A stretch of 64,000 nucleotides of DNA, taken from assembly GCF_006345805.1 (NCBI RefSeq), contig NC_043003.1, positions 19,716,001 to 19,780,000 of the forward strand, in the 5' to 3' direction. The DNA is from Octopus sinensis. Its lineage: Eukaryota. The position numbers and the translations under genes were made by a program. Of the stretch, positions 11,134 to 22,032 are shown one piece after another. Below the pieces are notes generated by a model. That model had not been told where the DNA came from. It saw only the letters and a program-made list of their open reading frames with translations, and did not search any database. Position 1 is the first letter of the stretch; the number at the start of each line of letters is the position of its first letter.

Positions 11134-11299
11134 GGCGTAACTTCGGTATACGTACTGGAAGTACCGATTATATTTCAAGAAAGTGTTTTTTTTTTAAATA
11201 TATGGGGGTGGGTTACGGTTAGGGGTGGGAGAAAAGGGTTTCTGTCATCTTCAGAAATGTAAACAAATCCACTTCGGGTACGTATACCGAAGGTTCGCC
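11134..11299. mobile_element. 166-bp MITE with GG termini and perfect 8-bp TSD (Merlin-like)
   Basis: TIRs ggcgtaacttcggtatacgtactggaagt / acttcgggtacgtataccgaaggttcgcc; TSD ctaattgt on both sides; central ggttacggttagggg. Confidence 0.85.
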
Positions 11300-12179
11300 C
11301 TAATTGTTATATTTCGGTATGGTCATTTTTCCCTCTTGCCAAATAAACACACGCACTATATATTCGTCCTGCATTATTTTTCTTGTTTTATCCTATGTTC
11401 ATTGTCTGGAAATCTTTTGTCACACATCTGTGACCTCTCAGCGACTCTTCCATCCACGTTTTTCCTGTTCTGTTTAGTCCATTCTATCTCTCTAGGCTTA
11501 TCTACGCATGCGTTTGTGTGTCTCTCTCTCTGTGTACGTGTGTCTATGTTGTTTTGTATGTGTGTGTATGGGTTTGCTTACTATATTATTTGTATCCGTG
11601 CCCTTCATATAAGTTTTTTTTCCCTACGAGCCTAATAGACTGTGTAAAGGGTCATGGACACTACTTTCTCTTGACTAAAAGTTATAATACAAACGAAACA
11701 AGGGTTGAAGTGTGAGACTAAAATGGAACATAGAAAGGCTATAAAAATACAAAGAAATGTGAGAGGTATCAAGTGTCTAAGATATGTAATGGAACAGACG
11801 ACAATTGGTTTTAGTATTTCGTGCAAAATGTTGGGCTATGTTGTGTTGCATCCATCCCTGATGATTAAAGACATTTCAGCCCAAACCATCCCCACTTTTT
11901 TTTAGGTGCATATAGGACTACATAGTTTAATATGTCATTTCCTTTTCCAAGACGGTAAAGTGTGATTTGAAGGAGATTGGACTACAATTTCTAGCAGATG
12001 GTGCGACCACATAGAAACTCCGTCTTTGACTCATTCGAGGAATCTGATTTGAACAGTGCAAAGCGTAAACAAGAAATTATGTAAGTTTAAATGTTAGGAC
12101 AATAAACAAATAGGGCATCGTTTATGTATGAATAAAATATTCCAAAAAATCGCTTAGTATGGCTAGTATAAATTTATAG

Positions 12180-12330
12180 AGTAATTACAAAATGAAATAC
12201 CGTGAAGACATAAAGGTAAACAATCCGGTTTGAAATTTGCAATTCAGCGCCATACAACTGCACGGTGCCCACCGAATATTTACCTCGTTAAAAAGAAGCC
12301 CGACTACAAGTTCGATTTCTTGCATAAATA
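12180..12330 (-). promoter_or_regulatory. Candidate FANCF promoter / non-coding first exon
   Basis: Coding exon 1 has a splice acceptor, so an upstream UTR exon must exist. This non-repeat patch has a minus-strand donor GAG|GTAAAT (GT at 12283-12282), a TTTGAA (CHR-like) motif, GCGCC and ACTACAA. Tentative. Confidence 0.25.
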
Positions 12331-12439
12331 CCCTGATAGCTTTTCTTTAAGAAAGAAAAAAAATTAATTATGCCAAATTCATTACTTCACTGGTTTTTAA
12401 AAATATTTATTTTATCAATCGTAAAGCCGACGGTAGACT

Positions 12440-14310
12440 GTCGTAACTGCGGATGTGTGCCCCACCGGATTTGTTTCTTTACAACTTTCTGAGAAATGCA
12501 TATTTTTAAAATAAATTTTCCAAAGATATATTTTGGATAGTGGAGATTAAAGGTTACATCGCAATTCGTGAAATTTTGTTTTCGGAGGAGTAGTAAAATG
12601 TTTCGGATCATTCACACACCTCGATTTGTTTCCTCATAACTTTCTGAAAACTGGATAAATTTTTTAAATAGAATTTTCTACAAATACGTTTCATATGGTG
12701 TAGATTACAATCATGTCGGAATTTGATGTGGAAAAAATTTGGGGGTGGGACGGATAATTCACACACTTTGACTTTGTTTCCTCATGCGTTTTGATGACAT
12801 GTGTGATTTACCCTCTGCCCATTGCATTTATTTTTTGTCACATAAAATTGCAATATAATCGCTATCTGCATCATTTGAAACGGAATTGTTGAACATTCTA
12901 TTAAAAAAATTATCTATTTTCCAGAAAGTTATGAGGAAATAAAGTCGGGTGGGGGCACACATATTTACTTATGCCAGGGGTTTTCAGAAAAGTTGTTCTA
13001 CATAAGTCGGAATTTCGTTTTTTCCCATCGGGATTTTTCTAATTTTCTTTTCTTTTTTTTTTGTATCCCACATTGCAAAACAATGATGGGAAGTCTTTAA
13101 TAATAATAATAATAATAATAATTATTATTATTTCTTTACTGCCCACGAGGGGCTACACATAGAGGGGACAAACAAGGACAGACAAACGGATTAAGTCGAT
13201 TATACCGACCCCAGTGCGTAACTGGTACTTATTTAATCGACCCCGAAAGGATGAAAGGCAAAGTCGACCTCGGCGGAATTTGAACTCAAAGCATAAAGCC
13301 AGAAGAAATGTTGCTAAGCGATAACGATTCTGCCATTTTCTCCAAACGTCTGCCCTTTTAACTCACCGAGCCTTCACGATAACAACAACCATTATTTTTT
13401 CTTTCTGTTATTTGACGGCATTTTATTTTAGGCATACCCTCCCCGCCGACTTTGTTTCTTCATAACTTTCAGAAAAATGGATAGTTTTTAATGAAATTTT
13501 CTGCAAATATGCTTCAGATGATGTAGATTCCGATTAAATTGGAATTTGTCATGAATTCGTTTTTTTTTGGTGTTGGGAGAGGAGTTTCGGAAAATTCACA
13601 CGATTCAGCTTTGCTTCCTTATAGCGTTCAGAAAAGTGAGTATCTACAAATGACTTTCAATGTGTAGATTACAATTATACTGGAATCATTTAATACGAAA
13701 AAAAGAAAAAAAAAAAAAAGAAAGAAGTTTGTCGCACAAACATATATGCTGATACACATCACATATATCTATAAAATGAAACTTGAAATTTCGAAAAATA
13801 TTGTGATGTGTGTCAGTATGTATGTGTGCGTGCCCACGGTTTTTTTTGTTGCCCACATTAAATTCTGCTATAATAGTGATTTACACACTCTGAAAGATAT
13901 TTGTTGAAGAAGACGGTGGATGAGTATATATATACATTGACTCATATCACATATATAATTACAAAATTAAACTTGAAATTTTGAAAAAGAAATATATGAT
14001 GTGTGTCAGTATGTATGTGCGCGCACCCGCCAATTTTTTTTCACATTAAATTCAAATGTAATCGTAACCTACACCATCTGAAAGGTATTTGCAGAAAGTT
14101 TCATTAAAATATACGCATTTTTCTGAGAGCTATGTGGGGTAACACAGTCGTCTTGTGTGAATTATCCAAACCTCCTCCCCACCCGAAACAATTTTACAAC
14201 AAATTATGATGTAATCGGAACCTACACCAATTTATAGGAAATCATATTAAAATATATCCATTTTCCAGTTATGATGGAACAAAGACGGTGGGGTTGACTC
14301 ACCTGTGCAG
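12440..14310. repeat. Cluster of modular inverted subrepeats (fold-back/MITE-like DNA element remnants)
   Basis: Motif ccccNccgactttgtttcctcataactttcNgaaaa occurs forward at about 12460, 12620, 13440 and 13600 and reversed at about 12910, 14100 and 14250; about 200-bp direct duplication 13740-13920 / 13930-14100. Confidence 0.5.
13128..13335 (-). mobile_element. SINE family A (tRNA head, conserved central domain, Tx1-type tail)
   Basis: Minus strand reads ...gagttcaaattccgccgaggtcgactttgcctttcatcctttcggggtcg...gtcccctctatgtgtagcccctcgtgggcagtaaagaaat. Central segment resembles the Meta/Sauria-type SINE domain (from memory). Confidence 0.75.
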
Positions 14311-15559
14311 GTATGTCTATATTGAGAACCCACTGGAGTCAGCTTTAGTCTTTTATTGTTGTTGAATTTCTATATCTGACGCTTAGTAGGAATATCAAAT
14401 TGACTCAGTATTTGACTAGTTACTTTATTTTACTGATTCTAGAAGCATGATCTCGGCGAAATTTGTACCCAAAATATAAAGCAACATAACTAAGTACTAC
14501 AAATCCAATGCTGTGTCTGCCATTTCTAAGACTTGATGTAGTATTTTATCAATTCAGTATTGAACGAATGGTTTAATATTAATCAGCTATGTTATTTCAA
14601 TTTCAATGAAATACTTTGTACCAAATCCCAAAGGAATAATGATCAGTTACAAAGTAACGCGTAAAAATGCAAAACAAAATCAGTGATGGGAAAAATTGTG
14701 GCAAATAAGAGTAGTCTCCCCTAGATCTAATTCATCAGAAATAGTTATCTCCCTTAAAATTAACAGCGAGCCAATAAAGGAGTCTTTAAATGCTTGTTCG
14801 ACTTGTTAGAAACAGCAATCAAATCCCCCTTAAAGAGAAACAGAAAAAAAAAAAAAAAAGAAAAAGAAGGAAAAACAGCAGCAATAGAAGCAGCAGCAAA
14901 AGCAGCAGCAGTTGTAGTAGTCAGCATATGAACGGGAAGACGACAATACAAACCGTTTCAATACCGACGAGACAGCGAGCCTATTGGAAATAGCAGCCAA
15001 ATCATCCTTAAACCAGGCCCTATATTCTTGAGAAGTGAAGGACATATTTGTTAATGAAAACAAAGTCCTAGATATGTAATGTTCGAAAGAAGGATGAGGA
15101 TGGTCATGGCTGGAACACATTTGATCAGAGATTTGTTCAATCGAACAAGAACGATAACAACTTCACCACCACCACCACCACCACCGCCACCATTGTCATG
15201 ATCATCACGATCATTATTGTCATCTTGGTCATGATGATGAATTATTGATTTACTCAGCAAGAAGAACATCAAACTCGTCAAATTGATTGAACTTTGGCTG
15301 CCTGCAATGCAGCTTCCCTCTTCCAGATCAATAAAAGATGTGCAGCACTAGAGGTGTCAAACACAATGGCCCATGGTAATGTCTAGTCAAGCCTTCGGTT
15401 CGGTTATATATAATTCAGAATGATCAGTGATGTGTTTGTTTATGAACAACATAAACAAATACAGGTGTTTTATTAAGCTAGGTATGATTTGGATCAATCT
15501 GTGACTGAAACAAGTTAATTATACAACATAAATTCTTGATTAATTAAAATCCTCACCAC

Positions 15560-15900
15560 ATATCTATTATACTTTGTTTTTGTACCTGGTTTGCAAGATT
15601 CTTTATTTGAACTCGTGTGTTGAAGCAAATTATGTTGTGGCTGGGGTAGAATCACATTGTCATACTGCCTTATTATTTAACACACTCACCAGTTCGATTT
15701 CCACTCATTTATTATTTATATATTTTTCTTCCAAAAATTTTGTTGTTTCTGCAACCTTATCAATTGATATTAAGGTTGCAAAAACAACGAACATTTTGGA
15801 AGTAAAGTATAGATAATAAATGAGTAGAAATCGAACCGATGAGTATGCTAGATAGTAAGGCATTATGGCAATATGACTCCCCGATCTTATGGCTAAGATC
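15560..15900. repeat. Penelope-associated repeat folded into an old palindrome
   Basis: Related to 24580-24780 and 29150-29330; arms 15643-15763 / 15764-15882 around atcaattgat. Confidence 0.5.
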
Positions 15901-16766
15901 AAGTTCTAATAACTACTTTTAACAGTTATATATATATATATACCCTCTTTGGCCTTATGTAAGTACATATTCCTGTAAATTTGGTACACTCTATACATTG
16001 TCTCTCTCTCCTACATTTCTCTGCCTTTCACACTTTGCACTCTACTTTGATCTGTCTCTTTCTCTCTCTCTCTACTTCTCCTTTTCTCTTTTCTTGCCTC
16101 TAATTCTTTAGTCTACTCTTCCCCCATCCTCTCACATTTCTCTGTCTCACTGATTCTGTCCACAGCCAATCCTTGGTACGCACTCTTTCTTCTCCCCTCT
16201 TTAATTCCTTCTTTCTCTTCTCCCCCCTTTGTTGCCTTCGTCCCTCTTTTTCTCTCTCTCTTTGTTTCCTTTGCCCCCTTTCTTTTCTCTCTCTTCTCTC
16301 ACGTGACCGCTGGTCAAACCAGCCTTTTGGCCTCCGACCACTGCCGTGAGAACATCGTTGTCTTCGTCTGCCGATAAAGGCATTTTTTCCAAAATACGCC
16401 AGCTAAACTAAGTTGTATTGTTTATTAGTCGTAAGACACCCGCTGTTTTTGTCTTGTTTTTACCATTATTGTTTTTTGTATTTTATATTCGTGTGGCATC
16501 GTCCGTTTTTCTGTCCCTGTTTCGTATACATTCGATCCTTCTTCCAAGAAATCTAATGCTCGTAGCTTAGTTTTTCCTTGGGGCTGGCCGGATCGGAGCG
16601 ATCTCAAGATTAATCAGCCGAAATTGCTAGGATGATCCGGTTCTTGACTGGAGATTGAAGGCTTCGCGTGTCCCGTCAGCGTTTTTTGTATCGTCTTCTA
16701 AATGTTTTACGTTCTTGTCCCAGTTTGTATTTTTCTACATATAACACACACACACACACATATGTG

Positions 16767-17085
16767 AAGGCGCGTGGCTTAGTGGTTGGGGCATTCGGCT
16801 CACGATTGTAAGGTCGTGAGTTCAATTCCCGGCGTTGTATCCTTGTGCAAGACACTTTATTTCACGTTGCTCCAGTCCACTCAGCTGGCAAAAATGAGTT
16901 GTACCTGTATTTCAAAAGGCCGACCTTGTCACATTCTGCGTCACGCTGAATCTCCCCGAGAACTACGTTAAGGGTACGTTAAGGGTTTGTGTTGTGCTCA
17001 GCCACTTGCACGTTAATTTCACGAGCTAGCTGTTTCGTAGATCGTATCAGCTGGGACCCTCGTCGTCGTAACCGACGGAGTGCTC
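16767..17085 (+). mobile_element. SINE family C head plus tail X
   Basis: gaaggcgcgtggcttagtgg...gagttcaattccc...ctccagtccactcagctggc...gaactacgttaagggtac...cgtaaccgacggagtg; same as 62760-63045. Confidence 0.75.
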
Positions 17086-17112
17086 CTTTATACATACATA
17101 CATACATACACG

Positions 17113-17198
<86 letters not shown>

Positions 17199-17339
17199 TA
17201 TATATATATACCGTTCTGCTAAAGAATGTACTGCAAATGCAATATTCTTACATATCTGACGTCTGTTTTCATTCCTCCACGTCACTCTGTATTTCATATC
17301 TTCTCTATAGTAACTATTACTCAAAAATTTTCTCGCACC

Positions 17340-17387
17340 GTCTCTGATGAAGGGATATATAAAATATTCCGGAAACAGCTATAAGAC
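17340..17387 (+). ncRNA. Minimal type I hammerhead-like motif (Penelope pLTR type), slightly degenerate
   Basis: GTCT-CTGATGA-A-GGGATAT(ataaa)ATATTCC-G-GAAA-CAGCTAT-A-AGAC: core boxes, 7-bp stem II, helix I GTCT/AGAC, near-palindromic ACAGCT(G>A)T. Confidence 0.6.
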
Positions 17388-17464
17388 CTTCTCTTTATAA
17401 ATGTTCTGAAAGCTATTCACAGCCTTGGATTTTTTTAATCTCATTCTGTTAATTTATATATATG

Positions 17465-20400
17465 AGTCTCCCCCAGGATATCGTCTGACATGAATTCTAC
17501 TAACCCGCTATAGAAGTCCGCAGTGGAACTCCAGCCACCAGTACTGCCCGCCCGGGAGAATAGCGCGAGTGCCTGTCGGCATTCTCTAGCTGCCAATCAC
17601 TCAGTCTGGGCCTCCGCTTGATTCAAGGACCTAACTCCCGAAGAGAGTTCAGTTGCGGTAAGAAAAATTTTACGAGCGGTGACCACACTTGCTCACAATT
17701 CACGTAGAGTCAGCGATGCCTAAGCCGAAGCGCAAACTTGCGCATCTTCAGTCACGGCATCCCTAGCCCACCTTTTAACGGCTTTTGGCAGCAGATAGAG
17801 CGCCTTACAAGTGGTGCCCTTTTCTACAAAAAGCGGAAGAGGAGACGCTGCAACTTGCTCAACACGAATCGGGGCAAGGCACGACGGTCAGGCGGTAAGT
17901 GATAACAGATGCTATGTACATCTGCACCACCTCCTTTCTCCCTAGCAGCAATAACGTCCTTCCAGACCAAATCTGGGTTAGGACAGTTACCTTGATTGTG
18001 ATCTCACTCCAATTCTTCTTTACCTGGAGATCCGGACCAAATCAGATCCCTAGCATCTTAACCGGACCTTCCGTCCAACGTCCCACGACGTTATTGGACG
18101 GTATCGACTTGCCCGTCCAGGTGCTGAGTTGCAAGTCGGATGACTTATCTAGTCAATTTTTGTTTCTGCCACCACTTCGTATCTTCATATGGCGTTTTCT
18201 GTACAAGGTAGTTGCCCTTCATCCAACACGATGATGGTAGTGTTATCCGCGTACGCGGTCGCAGTTCTTCCACTACTTAGATCACGCGAAATGCCCCCTA
18301 AAGCCTCCATCCTTCGCAGTAATAGCTTAAGAGCCAACACATTCAAAAGTAGAGACAGGAGCCATCCCTGGCAAACAGAGCACTTAATGTCGAACGGTTT
18401 CGAAAAGAAACCGTTCACCCGGATGATAGACTCAATATTGCTGTACAAAGCAGCGATCCAGCCCCGAAAAGTCGGGCCCAGCCTGGCCGCCCTGAGAACC
18501 GCAGCCAGGTACCGATGGTCAACTCCATCGAATGCTTTAGACTGGTCTAAATGTACCAGTGCCCCACATTTGCCAGAAATTTTACCCAGCCGCTCTAAGG
18601 TATAGCATATGAGCTGGAGATTGTCACGTATCGTTTTGCCGGAGATGGCACATGTTTGCGCCTCCCCAACAAGGCTGCCTACGACCCGCGCCAATCTCTT
18701 TGTTAGCACCGTGTTTAACAGAGTTATGGGCCTAAAGTTACTAATAATGTTCCCCTTGTTCGGGTACTTTCTGATCAGCGTCACGACCTCCAGCGATACC
18801 ACTTCCTATTCTGTTACCAGTTGGCATAGACACTGGCCAGTAGGTGCCTGAACAAGTCTGGCATACTTTTGAAAAACTCATATTGCAGACCATCAAGTCC
18901 CTTCGACTTTTCTCTGGGCATTCGCATAGTGCTTCCATGACTTCTTTAGCCGTGATCGGTCCTTCACAGCACTTATTCTCTCGTACCGAGAGATGCAGGC
19001 CACCAGACAGGAAGTCCCTCTCTCCTCCCGAACAACTCGGCAAAGTGCTTGTAAAAGACTTCACACATCTCATCTTGTCCTTCGATCTAACACTCCTGTT
19101 CATCGACCAAAGATCCAATTGTGACATTATTGCAATGCTGGGTCGCTACCGTACGGGCCCACCCGGCAACGTTAATTCCCTCGCGGTCTAATGCACGTAT
19201 TTTAACCCGAACTCTACATCCCTTGTGTTTGGCTTTGAGGTGCCGGCCCAAAGGCCGATCTCGCTGTCAAAACTTGGGATGCAGAGTCCAACCTTAACGC
19301 CTCTTCTAAGTCCTTAACTAGATCCCTTTCTACTCTAGTCTTATCTGAAATTAGCTTCTGGCTAAATCTAATCGACTCAAATCGAATGGCTCTTTTGAGG
19401 GCAAACCACCACCTGTTATTCAACACGGTGCCGGTTAATGCCCTCATGATTAACTCCTTAATCCGACTACGGTATGCCTTATATGACAAAATGGTCTTGC
19501 TTATTTTCCAGTAGCCAGATCCCTGTTTACTTACTCTATGTTCATCCTACACGTCACTAGCTTGTGATCCGTGTAGGAGACCAGAAAAAAACTGTGGACA
19601 ATTAAAGCTAGACTTATCTCTAGTACGAACTATTATTCTATCTAAATAAAACCTGAACGACCCGTTGCCATTATTCCAGGTCAATACTGGGACTCTCAGG
19701 TGATCAAGTCTATAACGATCTGCCAGCTGAAACCGTTTAAGTAGATCGGTAAGGTGTAAGTTTTTCTTCCTGTTAATTGAGCCAACACAATCCTGTCATG
19801 CATCCACGATAGCGTTAAAATCTCCTAACACCATGAGTGTCTTCGATGTCCGAAGAAAATTCTCTAGGTGTCGATAAAAATCAATATGTTTGTTTTTAAG
19901 ACTCGGCGCATAAACGCCAATCAACCTGAAGGCCTTATCTCTGTACTTCAAGTCGAGAACGACCAGCCCACTTTCTGGGCTTACAAGGATTGTACTTGTC
20001 TGCAGAGCCAAGCTTTTTCGGAGCAAGATTACTACCCCTCCTCGGCTCCCGGTTTTGCTAGGAGACATAATTTTCTAATAGTCATTCAGGAGAGCCGAGA
20101 AAGCCTGTAGTCTGTCCAGCTTTTTCTTTGTAGCAACCATCACATCTATGCTATGTGACCTGAGGTCGTTGCAGAAACAAGTCTGTTTCCACTTCGAACT
20201 CAGGCCACGCATATTAAAACATCCAAACGCAAAAAGAGGGTCAGGGACTTACCTGTTTTTAACAGGCGAAGGAACGATCACTCTTAGTGCTATAGAACTC
20301 CCCTCCTCCCTCTTCTTCTCTCTTTCCTTGTCGGTTTCCGGCATTTCACTTAATCTGTGGATTTCCCTCGGTCTTCTATCTTTAAGTTGACTGAATAGTT

Positions 20401-22030
20401 TCTCTTCTATGCGGGCGTAGTTTACCTCTTTCAAAAGTGTTAATTGATGTTTGTTTACTATTTAGTGTATGTAACTACCTTTGACATCATACTTGATAAA
20501 CACTGTTCTGTCTGCGGGGGTCGTGTGGGTAAAGGTGTGGGGTTTAAAGTTATTTTGGTGTGTGATACTGCGTTTTTTTGTTGGGGTTGTGGGTTGGGAG
20601 GGAGTTGGGGACACAATATTTCTCTTCCCCCGTTTCCGGAGGATGACTTGAAATTCCACATCCTGTTCGACGATCTCCATGTCGTCGCTAGGAGGGGGAA
20701 TTTTTTCCGCATTCCCTGACACTGCATTCGATTTTTCCTGCTTCTTTGTTGATTTTTCTTGTTCCTTCGCTGTTTTTTTTTTCATTAGTTTTTACTGATC
20801 TTCTCTTCTTTTTCTTCTTAATTTCTTGACTGGGGGTGGGGTGGGGGCGTGCCCCATGTTTGAAGGGTCACATTCTGTGCGCATATGGCCCTTCTGTCCA
20901 CACTTGAAACAGCATGGCTTCCTCCCCCCACTTGCACCATAAAGACAACGTCTTCTATTAGCATTCTATCCGGAATTTGTTCGAGATTCGCCGGTGCCGC
21001 CTGAATTAATATTTCTTTAGTCTGCCCTAGCCAATTTTTTTTTTGGTGGGGAGGCAGAGGGGGGTAATCTGTAGCATGGAAATTTTATCTTTCCTTGAGT
21101 ATTAGAGGGCATCCACCACCCAGTCGGCGTCAATTTTTCCGGTGGTACTTCTTGTATCTTGATCCGAGTCGTTCTGCGTCCCAATTATGAAGGCAGAAGT
21201 ACCACCTCTTTTGTTTTTAGTGTAAGCACTGAGTGCTCCGTCGCTTTTTCCGCTGTCTGAAATCTAACCTCAATTGAGGCGAACTTCCTGCCTCGGGCCA
21301 CATACGCCACATCCTTCCAAACTGGTTCGAGGCATTTCTCAGTTTTTTTCTTTTGGAACGTTAGCAATTTTTTTGCTCTCCGCATCATATGTTTTGTTTA
21401 TGATGGATTTATTTTTGGTTTCTGTCGTAATATCACTTGGCGGGGACGATTCGAACATCGCTGTCGTCCAAGGACAACATGCCGTAGAACGTTTGATATT
21501 CCGAACGCGTTATCTCGAGACTTTCCTTGTAAATCGCAGTTGCCGCAGCAAAATTTTTCACACTATCATTCATTTGGTTACTTGCATTAATTTCTTCAAG
21601 AGTCATTCATTCTTTTATAATTTCCACGTTTAGATTTGCCATTTTTTCCGAAGAAAAAAAAAACACATGTTCTTTAATTGAATTTTTCACAAATGAGAAA
21701 AAGAAGAATTTTTAAAAATGAATTTCTCACAAAGGAGAAAAAGATTTTTTTAAAAAACTACTCGCGGATGAGAATTCAAACGTTCGTGTCCCTTCCCCAG
21801 AGGGTGAAGGATACAGTTTACAAAACAAAAAACTTTCAACAAGTTGCAATAAAAAAACAACGTTCAAATCTTTTCCCCGTAGGGGAAAGCATAGAATTTC
21901 AACAACGGCCTGCCAATCAGGTAACAACTTTCAACAAACAACAAACAGTAACAATTCAACAATACTTTCATAAATCCAAATTCAAATAGTAACAACACGG
22001 CACACTGCGATTGTCGACTCGAACTAACAC
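17465..22030 (-). mobile_element. Tx1-like (L1 clade) non-LTR retrotransposon, decayed, 3'-truncated
   Basis: ORF1 pieces (21185-21600; CCHC CFKCGQKGHMRTEC at about 20870-20915; 20249-20785). ORF2 with APE (GGVVILL..FRLIGVYAP..VLGDFN, 19796-20068) and RT (NFRPITLLN, LDQSKAFDGVDH, VCQGWLLS, YADN; 18185-18802). Many frameshifts and stops. Confidence 0.9.
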
Positions 22031-22032
22031 TT

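Noticed and set aside
11965-11990. ZNF143-like ACTACAATTTCTAGC motif
   Set aside because: Part of a dispersed repeat also seen near 3350, 35900, 48510 and 60070.
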